A stretch of DNA of 64,000 bases from Phoronis australis. Lineage: Eukaryota; Animalia; Phoronida. This document shows, in pieces, positions 10,645 to 20,775 of this stretch (position 1 is the first letter of the stretch; each line of letters opens with the position of its first letter). Position numbers and translations under genes: made by a program. The notes under the pieces were generated by a model. It was not told the origin of the DNA. It made no database searches and worked only from the letters and a program-made list of their open reading frames with translations. The stretch spans positions 199,826 to 263,825 of the forward strand of contig NMRA01000536.1 of assembly GCA_002633005.1 (NCBI GenBank), read 5' to 3'.

Positions 10645-13039
10645 TGACGTCATCGAACGTGAAAATAGACGCGCAACAATCGCATGTTCAGCAAAGGGCA
10701 TTGCACCGACATTTATACGCTATGAAAAATAAGACGCATAATTTCCATAAAAACGATATTTTAATTCAGTGAAATTTTTCTCTCATGTTCTCTCACTTGT
10801 AAATCACCGATCTCCAATTTGAATGCAGGTGTCGTGTCGTCGGGATCCTTTGACTTGAGCATTTTAGTCAGTTACTAGTGGTAACCTACTTTAGCAGACG
10901 ATATTTTCCCGGTCGAAGCTTAGTGTGATAAAATGTGTAGTAGCTAAAATAGTTGCTAAACCTTAATTTATAAATTCACTTTATTTCTATTTTGTTTTAT
11001 TTTTCAATTGGTTTCGAATAAAAGCATTATTTGACAAAAATATCTAGGCTTTTCTTAAAAAGTCACGACCTTCGACCCCGACAAAATTCTTCAAAGCAAC
11101 TATGAAAGACCTATATTCTGAATTCTTTGTCTTGACGATAGAAATCTTTTGAATCATTAAAATCATCTCCCTGTTGGTTTAATTTGTCATTTAAGTAACT
11201 TCTCTGGTTAATTTCCTTTTTATGTTACTATTACACCCTGTTATTTTTCGCATTTCGGTAACACTCTTGGTTTTTATCATTAAAAATATTTTAAACCTGC
11301 TAGGTATGCAAAACGATAACTATTTATGATGTTGATTATTTATCTCTTGCTTGTCGTATGATCATACACCATCAAGGCTTTCTAATAATATGACTCTCAT
11401 GCAATTCGGTTGCAAAACGGCATAGTTGCTAAAAGTTTTATTGACAGTAAATTACATAGTAATAACGATTACCGGCACAAAAAGATGCAAGCAAATGCCA
11501 CGCATGCGCAGTGCAACCTCATCAGCGTGAGATCGAAGTTGGTATTCCAGGGTTAGAGTTCTGTGATTTTTGGTGCTTCTCTTAGTCTTAAAACTTGCCA
11601 TCTCAATTAAAAAATTTCTTTAGTGAACTACGAAGTGTCATCAAAATCCACGACATGTTGTTTGACTATTCTTGGTGAGTCGCCTCGTTGTCCGACCTTG
11701 TTTGGACGGCAAAATAAAAAACGAGTCAGTTTCATAATATTATAGGATTCTATTTCCGTTAACATCAAGAACATCGAAATCATCAGCAACTGAAGAAAAT
11801 GCTTGTAGCTTAAAATTGTCATCGGACCAGCCTTCACCGCAAACCAAAAAAAAAACAAACATTTGCATAGTAGGCCTAGTATGTCATGGTTGACGAAGTT
11901 ACTGATAACATGTCCAGTGCAACTTCGGAAAACTTGTGAGAGCTGTGCTTTAAGGCCTCTCACCTGTAGAGGTCAATTTTGCATAAAGATCTTTGCACGA
12001 TGCAGATAAAAATTGAAAAAACTTACATGTAGACCTGGCTTTTTGTTAGAACTTCCAACCTTGATTGCATTTTGGACAAGCGACAACGATCTGAGTCGTA
12101 ACAACCACTAGGTTTGTAATTTCACGGGACGGGCGTTCGGTAAATATCGCCCCTATGGTCCGGCAGAACCGAATTCATCAAAAAACGAATGCCTGACTTT
12201 TGGAGAAGGCATGTCCTTCCGTGTACAGTTATCAGTTTACGTGTAGAGGCACTGTATTTATCTGCGTAAAAGACGCTATACTGAAAACAACGTCTGGGTA
12301 AAGCACTAGATTTCGTGTGGATGCGAAATTGCCCGCAAGTCTGACAATACCGAAAAATGAGTACATGTGAAATAGGAATATTGATGAATTATCTACCACT
12401 ATACATTCATCAAATCCATGTCAAAATCGCATCAGTTCACAGTTGTGTACCTACAGGACGCCCGCCTACTAAAGCTCTTTGTTTTTGGATGTCATGCGCA
12501 TGAGAAATTGTAGTCGCAAGTCTTACGAATGCGGAAAAGTGAGTGCGTACTTGCATTTTTAAAAGACTATGAAGTTGAAATATTGATGAATCAACCACGA
12601 TGAATTTACCAAATCTGTGCCAAGATCGCTTCATTTCACAACGCGACTGAAAAGTTTAGGACCGCTGCGCCTAGACCGAACCCACCAGAATCACGCTCAC
12701 GGCCTGGTACAAACTAAATGTAGTTAGTAGGCTACCTTGTCCCTGCCAGTTTTCACGAAGTCACAAAGTACCATTCGCCGTTGGTCGCCGCAGCCCTGAC
12801 CAGTGCCCCAGATGCTGTTCTTACTTGAGAATGAGCCGAGGAAGAATCACGATTGGCGTAATGTTTGGACTTGAGCTCATTTGCAAAACAATATAATCAA
12901 TGTTTTAAGAACTATTCAACTTTTGCATACTCTTTAAATGGTCACGAAATGGACACAAATACAATACTTTATTCATGTCAGTTCCGACTCATTAGTAGAC
13001 AATCTGTCGGTGTTCTGGTTTCGGAATTGTGGGCATTCG

Positions 13040-13110
13040 ATGTAGTGAACTTTCGAAGGTAGCGAACGTTCGGAGGAGTGAACCTTCGGAGTAGTAAACC
13101 TTCGGAATAG
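13040..13110 (-). repeat. Short interspersed repeat with ttcggagtagtgaacc-type subunits; inverted copy at ~5590-5645
   Basis: ctattcgaaaggttcactactccgaagg (5593) versus the reverse complement of ccttcggagtagtaaaccttcggaatag (13083-13110). Confidence 0.7.
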
Positions 13111-15173
13111 TGACATGTAACTTTGGAAATCCTTTCCATAAAATTTGATGCTCGCATGAAGTCTGCGAGGCTGTGCACCATTGACACTGATTGACAAGAC
13201 ATGATCTGGTCTTCTAGAAAGTATGGAGGATTGCCTATAGTAAACTTACCGTTGGCGTGTACAGAATTTAAATTAATAGAAACGCACACATGTATACACG
13301 TATTTATCCCATAGCGTAGAATCTGTCTAGTGCAATACAGACATGTAATAATGTTTTCCGTATTCACCTCCCGCACTACTTCAACAGTGACATCTGACAT
13401 GGAAAGTTCAAAAGTTAGGTCAATGTCGACTCGTCGTCATTAGCCAGTTCGATCATCAAACTTTCCGAAAATAGTTTAAAGTAATAGAATTGAAACAGCG
13501 TAAATACCACTCAACATGTAACCAGGTCTGAATCGTAACATTATATGACACTTCTATCTCAGTTTTCAATTGTTAAATATTATATCATCTGCAACTCGGG
13601 CGCCGACTCCTCGGTACCTACAATATCATATATTGTTGTTATTTTACTATTTTCAGGAGATGTTACAAGTTCAATGCACAGTTACTGTTGTTTACATCTT
13701 TGTTATCTCTTTTCAAGTAATAAATAGGTACATTTAAAACTGTTTCTTTTACTAGGGAAAACTTGCAACCTAACGCGCAAGTACATGCATACAGGATATG
13801 ATCCGCCACATGAACAATCTGGGTGAAGTATTTAAAAATTTTGCCGATAAAATGAAAGAAACTTAGGAATTCGATGCGTATGGGATAAATACAAAACGTA
13901 CCTCGATTGGCGTAGATGAAGTAATATCCCACTCGGAATGAATGTCTCAAGAGACGTTATTCCGCGTATTGATTGAGACCTTCGATCGAACCCCCGAAGT
14001 CAACCCCCCGTGGCTAAGGGCTCGTATTTTATGTCGTTTTTGTACCATACACATCCCCGCCTTTTGATATACATACGGGAATTCGTTTGAAGGTTTAAAT
14101 GGGATTCAATTTTCTTTTTCCGGAATGTAATATAAATATCAGTGGTTGCCAATTTCGGAATCCAGCGGCATCTGTACCAAGTATATGGGCATTTCTCATG
14201 CTCCACAATTTAGGCCTTCTCCGGAGACTACCAAAAACACTTCCAATAGGCCGTTTAAGACTTGCACGGATTTTTCTTCAAAATTATATTGGTCCTTTTT
14301 CAGTTGGCCAATGTCAGTCCACAGTACTACTTACTTGTATGTACTCAAAAACTTTTAAAGGAAATTCGCTCCTAAAATCCACACGTGTTCCAACATAGTC
14401 ACACAACGTGTAAGTCCATTACGTATACGCGCATCCTCGTTTTGATTTTCCAATTGGTTACCAAAACAATTAATGTCTGTTTAAACAGATCAATTAAATA
14501 GGTTTATCGGTGATAGGTGTGTACAAAAAGCTGCGTAAACAATCCAGGAAATTGAAATTGAGCCAATAGAGATGGAAATTCTTGCATCGATATTTCACGA
14601 CTTCATTTCCACGTTTCACGGTGCTGATGCAACATTTCAACTCATGCCTTTCGCCTTGTTTAGCTGGCTAAAAAAAGAACATCGAATTAGGCATTTCACT
14701 CTCACCAAATTAGTGTCATGACATCCTTTACCATGATGGATTTCTATGATCCTTACTAACAGGGACATTGATTTCATCATATAGTCTATGATTTCATGCA
14801 GTCTGACTCAAGAAAACGTTGCGGACTATGTTGGGATTGGTCAACCCTAAAAAGGTATAAAATGACGCACGTGACCATTTCTGTAACACATGTTCAATAC
14901 ACATAATTATTTCAAAATATTTATAAATTTCAAGTCGTGTTAACTGTAAATAAATAATTATTTTGACATTTGATCAAATACAACGTCACTTACAATCACT
15001 CTATGGCCGATCATAGCAGCTAAGTACACACACCCACAGGTCTGGTCGTTAGTGACAATTTGGTCACCTTCGCATTATTATGTATTGTGTGCTGATCATA
15101 CAAATTCACGAAAAATCAATTGATTTTTTCATCAGCATGGACAGCTGAAGTCACCCAGCTGTTTATCAAATCC

Positions 15174-15210
15174 TTTATAACCTCAGCAGCGGAACAAACT
15201 CGTCACTTGT
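15174..15210 (+). promoter_or_regulatory. Core promoter of the PTGD-repeat precursor gene
   Basis: TTTATAA at 15174-15180 and Inr-like TCACTT at 15203-15208, at canonical spacing, ~25 nt before the ATG at 15231. Confidence 0.55.
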
Positions 15211-15230
15211 TCGCCGAACAGATTCTCAAC

Positions 15231-15290
15231 ATGAAGACAAGTATTTTTGTCCTGTGTTTTGCCGCCACCATCTTCGTGGTCGCCGCAAGG
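15231..15290 (+). CDS. Exon 1 (signal peptide) of secreted Arg/Pro-rich PTGD-repeat precursor
   Basis: aacATG MKTSIFVLCFAATIFVVAAR; donor AGG|gtaagc, phase 0. Confidence 0.85.
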
Positions 15291-16132
15291 GTAAGCGTTT
15301 ATTCTATAATCAACCAACATGTGACGCTGATATAGAATAATTTTTGCGAAATGTTTCTATGATTAAATCTCATATCCCAGTCTGAGAATCTCATCAAAAT
15401 CATAGACCGTCTCAAAATTTTACTTTAGCTTTGTTTTAAGAATCTACTGAACACTATGGTATCAGTCTAATGCTATTTGGTCATATTAGAGCAGTTACTA
15501 TGATTTTCTTATTTATTTTTACATCTGCTAGCAACAATACGTTGCAGCATTTTTGCATCTGAATTTAAGTCATGGAAGCGCTTCAAAAATTTATAACGGG
15601 CATTTCACTTTTTAATGAACACCTAATTCAAATTAAACTTTGAAAAAAATGTAACAGGATCTTAAAGGAAAGTTATGTTTTCAATTGAAATTTCAGAGCG
15701 ATTCTTGATTACCTTGTCACAAAGAATTTGCCTCGATTAATCCATTGTTTAAAATCTAAGTATTTCGCTTCGGCATTTCCGCTCCTTAGTAATATAGTGT
15801 GTTAAAGATAGTCTTGCTACGTTGCCATTCTATGGTTGTAATTTAGCAAATTTGAAGTTGACGGATAACCATGATTTTATAGAATTTTCTAAATTGAAAT
15901 TTTTTTTATTGTTTTTGCTGTTATAGATGAACTTCAAAGCAACTCTACACTTGGTTCGAGAAATTAAAAATCAAGATCAGTATTGTTTAGCGGGATAACA
16001 TTCAATTCTAAATTTATAAAAGATGAATTAAACCATCTCTTTACAATTGAAAACCAGTTTACCTCTTTGTCTCTTCCTGAACCTAACGTGTCAGTTAATG
16101 TCAGCCTTTCACGTTACTGGTTTTACTCTTAG

Positions 16133-16246
16133 AAACCCCACCCAACCGGTGATCAACCAGAAGGGCCACGCCCAACCGGTAAGATGGATAAGATGGGCTG
16201 GAAGTTGAAGATGGCTTGCATGAAGCTCAAAATGATGGCAATGAAA
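16133..16246 (+). CDS. Exon 2 of PTGD-repeat precursor (PTG motifs + Met/Lys-rich segment)
   Basis: ttttactcttag|KPHPTGDQPEGPRPTGKMDKMGWKLKMACMKLKMMAMK|gtatgt; 114 nt, phase 0-0. Confidence 0.8.
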
Positions 16247-16941
16247 GTATGTATGCATGTCTTGAATAGTAATACGAATCCAAAAATCCCAGGTGAATCG
16301 AATAATCCTTACAGCCAAGTTATTCACATCAGATTGTGTACCAGATAGTGGTGAATGTTGTATCTTTTAATCCGAGATTCACTTAATGCAGGACTCGAGA
16401 ACTAATATCCAAATTTGGAAAACTTCAGAGCATTATATCTCAGAAATGGCTGATCGGATTCATATGTAACTTTCAGATACTGTGTTTTATGCTTTCTTCT
16501 GTAACCCGCTGTTAGGAATAGTTTTAAAATGTTCTATTTCTGCTCTCAAATATAGGAGGTTTTTATGTTCATGGGAAAACTAAAAGTTGCATGAAACAAA
16601 AACGGAATGATTTAGAAAAGTGTAACAGCGTTTGGTCGTGTTATTGATACCGTTGTTTTGTTATCAATGTGCCTTTCTTTTGCGCTAAATCTTACTAAAA
16701 ACAAGGTCACGTGACTCGCGTAAATCAACTGAATCAGTGATGTTTGTGTTTTGATTTTCCTCGAATATTTTATTTGTGTCCTTCAGTAGGTTTCGGCCTC
16801 TAGGCTCGACTTTGCTTGTGCAGTTCTTTATCGAGTATCATAGTATTGATTATTCCATGAACAATTTTTAAGGGATGCGTGTCTCGTAATGATATTACTC
16901 ACATTCCAAAACCAAAATCTAACATTTACCTTTTCATGTAG

Positions 16942-17064
16942 AAGTTCGGCGAAGACTTTGACAAGCCACTCCCAACTGGTGACAAACCACGCCCTACTGG
17001 GGACAAACCAGACCTGAAAGAGTTGTGCAAGATGTTGTTCGATAAAAAAGAGGAGCTGAAAGAG
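16942..17064 (+). CDS. Exon 3 of PTGD-repeat precursor
   Basis: cttttcatgtag|KFGEDFDKPLPTGDKPRPTGDKPDLKELCKMLFDKKEELKE|gtaaga; 123 nt, phase 0-0. Confidence 0.85.
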
Positions 17065-17389
17065 GTAAGAGCTCGACATTCTCCACTGGGGGTCTCCACA
17101 GTTTCGCAGTTTGCGTCATTATTCTAGATATAAAGGTCTCGTCCTATCCGATCATAACTACTGTTAAATGCACGTCTCTTTAAAAATTCAAAGCAATACA
17201 GATAATATATAAGCATGTAACTATTATTAAAATGTCAAGAAAATGTGTTTTTATGTTGGCGTCATTTCATTTGTTTCGTTTTCTCTTTGGCTGTCAACGT
17301 TGGTAGTTTACTCAAAACCGCTGTGTCAAATTTACATTGCAGTCGGAAAAGTTTTTGTAATTGTGACGACTCTGAGCGTTGTTTTGCAG

Positions 17390-17431
17390 AAATTCGACAG
17401 TTTGGACAAGGACGATTTTGATTTTTTCGAG
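17390..17431 (+). CDS. Exon 4 (acidic 14-aa) of PTGD-repeat precursor
   Basis: gttttgcag|KFDSLDKDDFDFFE|gtaagt; 42 nt. Confidence 0.8.
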
Positions 17432-17819
17432 GTAAGTTATACGTATCGCAATCCGACTGTTTGAAAAAGGTGTTGCTTGCCAGCCGATCTATAGCATCTC
17501 GTTTATTATACATCCACGATCTCGGGCGTATACACAAGTCTCGTATCAAGTACATTAGTGGCCATTGGGGGTACTATGGTGAATTTTGCACAAGGAAGAA
17601 AACTGCCGGAAGACGTTTGGATAAGGTATCCTTCCAAACATTGTTAGAGCTATTTCTCTAGTCTTCTTGTCGCTTTAAGGTTATGTAGTACCTTAGCAAA
17701 ATAACCAAATTTGATTAAATTCGGAACATCCTGTCTCAGAAATGGTTATTGGATTCATGTGAAAATTTTTTAGATACCGTGATTTATGCACAGTTTTCCA
17801 AAAGACTGTTTCATGAGCT

Positions 17820-17960
17820 GCGCAGCACTGAAATAAGTGGGGGGCTACAGCCCTCCACCCCCCTATGGTGCTACGCCTATGTGACCATGGGCGGCGCAGC
17901 ACTGAAATAAGTGGAGGGGGGCTATAGCCACCCAGCCCCCTATGGTGCGCCGCCCAGGTA
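17820..17960. repeat. Two tandem copies of a GC-rich MITE-like fragment in intron 4
   Basis: gcgcagcactgaaataagtgg...gggcta.agcc.....ccccctatggtgc occurs twice. Confidence 0.7.
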
Positions 17961-18629
17961 TTAGGACATGATTTTCAAATGCTTCTATTTTGCATGAGGA
18001 CCTAACAAACTACAGAATTTTTAGATTGCTTATGAGAAAAAATCAAAAGTTGAATAAACAGAAAACGGAAACTGCAAAAGCTTTTTTGAGATTTCATCTT
18101 GAACATTTACATCAAACGAAATTCGTAATGTTATTGATTCCAATGTCTCGCTGTAAATGAACCTTTATTTTTGTTACATTTTACTGAAAAGACTTGCTCA
18201 CATGATCCCAATTAAGAAAAAATTGAAAACAGCTGAAAATCAGCTTCAGCATGCAGCCTTTTTACTTCCGAAAAGTGTATATTTTACTGAGTTAAAATCT
18301 ATCGTTTTTGTATATATGTGACTGCATACACAGACTTGTCGGTAAGGTCCCGTGTGCTGGGAGTCGCGAGCTAGCTCAGACGCTGAACAAGCTGATCTAG
18401 ATCTTATTTCAAGAGCTTTACATTCCTCGACGTATTCTTCCATGGATGGAATGCTGTATCCGCGGCTAGACTCGCGCAAGGGAGAAAACTCAACGTAACT
18501 TGGAGAGAAACATAGCAATTATGTGTTAAAGTTATCGTCCGGTTGATGATTTACTGTAGACCACTATGTCAAGTCTGTAATAGTCAATGAATTTTAACAA
18601 GTATGACGACTTTAAGCGTTGTTTTGCAG

Positions 18630-18671
18630 GATTCCGACAGTGAGGACGAGGATGAGTTTGACCTTTTCGAG
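18630..18671 (+). CDS. Exon 5 (acidic 14-aa, duplicate of exon 4)
   Basis: gttttgcag|DSDSEDEDEFDLFE|gtgaga; 42 nt; the upstream intron tgacgact.t.agcgttgttttgcag is shared with exon 4. Confidence 0.8.
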
Positions 18672-18914
18672 GTGAGATATATGTACTGAAATCCTAAAAA
18701 CAGAGGGAAGAGGGAGAAATTAATGAAGTATTCCACAATTATGAATATTCATATTTTAAACATAATTGATGATTTGAATGGTTGTTAAATCATAAATAAT
18801 ATTACAAAACCACTGAAACCCGTCTCCGTCAGATGTGGACATTTGTTTATGTGACGTTTAGAAGATACAAATTATTCAAATGTAAGAGTTGAATTACCAT
18901 TGACATTTCTACAG

Positions 18915-19055
18915 GTATCTTTGGACAAACGTAGCCCAAGGAGAGGCGGACGCGGACGTGGACGTGGACCAAGACCTACTGGCGATCGCCGCCGACCAAG
19001 GCCTACTGGCGATCGCCGCCGACCAAAGCCAACTGGCGATGATATTGAGGAAAAG
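18915..19055 (+). CDS. Exon 6 (basic module 1)
   Basis: tttctacag|VSLDKRSPRRGGRGRGRGPRPTGDRRRPRPTGDRRRPKPTGDDIEEK|gtaaag; 141 nt. Confidence 0.9.
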
Positions 19056-19262
19056 GTAAAGTTAAGTGTGTTCAAAGTTTGAAGAAGTTTAGTGAAGTGA
19101 GAAATAACTAGGGTTACATTACTTCTATACGAGACAATAACTACATGTAAAGATCCTTCTCTGACAGCAGATTACCTGCAGACTTTAGAAACTTTTGATA
19201 ACTGCCTGAGTTTTAAATTTGTAAGATTACGGCATCGGTTTACATAATTTTGTTTGATACAG

Positions 19263-19391
19263 GAGGATCGCGAGGAACGTAGTCCCAGGAGAGGTGGACG
19301 CAAACCAAGGCCAACTGGAGATCACCGCCGACCAAAACCAACTGGTGACCGCCGACGACCAAAGCCAACTGGCGATGATGTTGAGGTAAAG
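19263..19391 (+). CDS. Exon 7 (basic module 2)
   Basis: tttgatacag|EDREERSPRRGGRKPRPTGDHRRPKPTGDRRRPKPTGDDVE(VK)|gtaaat; alternative in-frame donor at 19386. Confidence 0.9.
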
Positions 19392-19602
19392 GTAAATTTA
19401 AATGTTTCTCAGTTTGATGAGTTTTGTGGGGATGTTAGTTATGCCGTTGCGCAATCTCAAACCGTGGCAGAGACTACTATTGGAAAATCTGAACTGACAA
19501 AATTGGTAGTCGGTTTCTGAAAACGTCACAGGCGATAACAGTTTGGTTTTGACTTTTGAGAAGATATTGTATTTCAGTTAGTATCTTCTGTTTTTCAAAT
19601 AG

Positions 19603-19704
19603 AAAGAACGCGAAGACCGTAGCCCAAAGAGAGGTGGACGCCGACCAAGGCCAACTGGCGATCGTCGACGACCAAGACCAACTGGCGATGATGTTGAGGT
19701 AAAG
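19603..19704 (+). CDS. Exon 8 (basic module 3)
   Basis: tttttcaaatag|KEREDRSPKRGGRRPRPTGDRRRPRPTGDDVE(VK)|gtaaat; alternative donor at 19699. Confidence 0.9.
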
Positions 19705-19902
19705 GTAAATTTAAATGTTTCTCAGCTTGATGAGTTTTTTGGGGATGTTTGTTCTGCCGTTGCTAAATCTCAAACCGTGGCAGAGACTACTATTGGAAAA
19801 TCTGAACTGACAAAATTGGCAGTTGGTTTCTGAAAACATCAGAGGCGATAACAGTTTGGGAAGATATTGTATTTCAGTTAGTATCTTCTGTGTTTCAAAT
19901 AG

Positions 19903-20016
19903 AAAGAACGCGAAGACCGTAGCCCAAGGAGAGGTGGACGCAAACCAAGGCCTACTGGTGATCGTCGACGACCAAGACCAACTGGTGACCGCCGACCAAA
20001 GCCAACTGGGCAATAA
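19903..20016 (+). CDS. Exon 9 (basic module 4, stop codon)
   Basis: tgtttcaaatag|KEREDRSPRRGGRKPRPTGDRRRPRPTGDRRPKPTGQ* (TAA 20014-20016). Confidence 0.9.
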   Translation, partial: KEREDRSPRRGGRKPRPTGDRRRPRPTGDRRPKPTGQ

Positions 20017-20622
20017 AACGTGAGAAACTCAGTTGTCAATTCACGATATTAAAGGTATTCTCCCGCACTTTTTTTTCTCGCCATTATAATTTATTGTTCA
20101 TCTTCATAAAACTCGGAATGGTTTCAACTTTCAAGTGCGCGTTCGTTCACACATTGGACCTGTCAACTGCAGGGCTGGTTCGAAAAGGCTGACCAATTAA
20201 GTAGAAACTTTAACAAATCACAATTTTGTAACTGTTAACTGAACCCTGAGAGTTTACCTTTAAAATTACGTATTTTCATAACGTAGCACGTTATTGACGA
20301 CAATGTTGTGGGGTAAAAAATGACGTATATATGAGACATATATATGCGTTTTTCAAAACAAAAGTTTGTGTTTTATCAGTGCTTGAAAATGATGCTATGG
20401 ATATTGTCGCACCCCAAGTATTTTATTGAATATTCTCATCTCTATTGGACTCCTGGAATGTAAAGGGACACGCCCATTTCCTGTTTGACACCGTTTGGCT
20501 TTGACAGGACGTTTTGCATAATTTGTCGAATAAGCTCTTAGGATATGTGATTAATATACCAGCATGTTTCGTACTGATTTTAGTTGGAGAAGTGCGTTGT
20601 ACAAACATTATGCATTTTACAG

Positions 20623-20775
20623 ACGGATAACCAAGTCACCCAGTGGGTACCACTTCTGACAGAAGCACAAGAGACGAAGCAGAATATCCAGCGGACGAAA
20701 TGATGATGAATAATTTATCTGAATTGGCTGAGACTTGGAAAATGAGAGTCTAATAAAGCAAAAGATTAAACAGAT
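20623..20775 (+). other. Probable non-coding terminal exon (3' UTR) of the PTGD-repeat gene
   Basis: Acceptor tgcattttacag ends 20622; AATAAA at 20752-20757; candidate upstream donors gtgaga (20020) or gtattc (20055). Confidence 0.45.

Noticed and set aside
15927-15953. Extra 27-nt exon (MNFKATLHL) of the PTGD gene
   Set aside because: Good acceptor and in frame, but the donor gttcga is weak and the model does not need it.
16179-16185. Internal donor CCG|gtaaga in exon 2
   Set aside because: Phase 1, so it would frameshift the phase-0 exon 3; the donor at 16247 keeps the frame.
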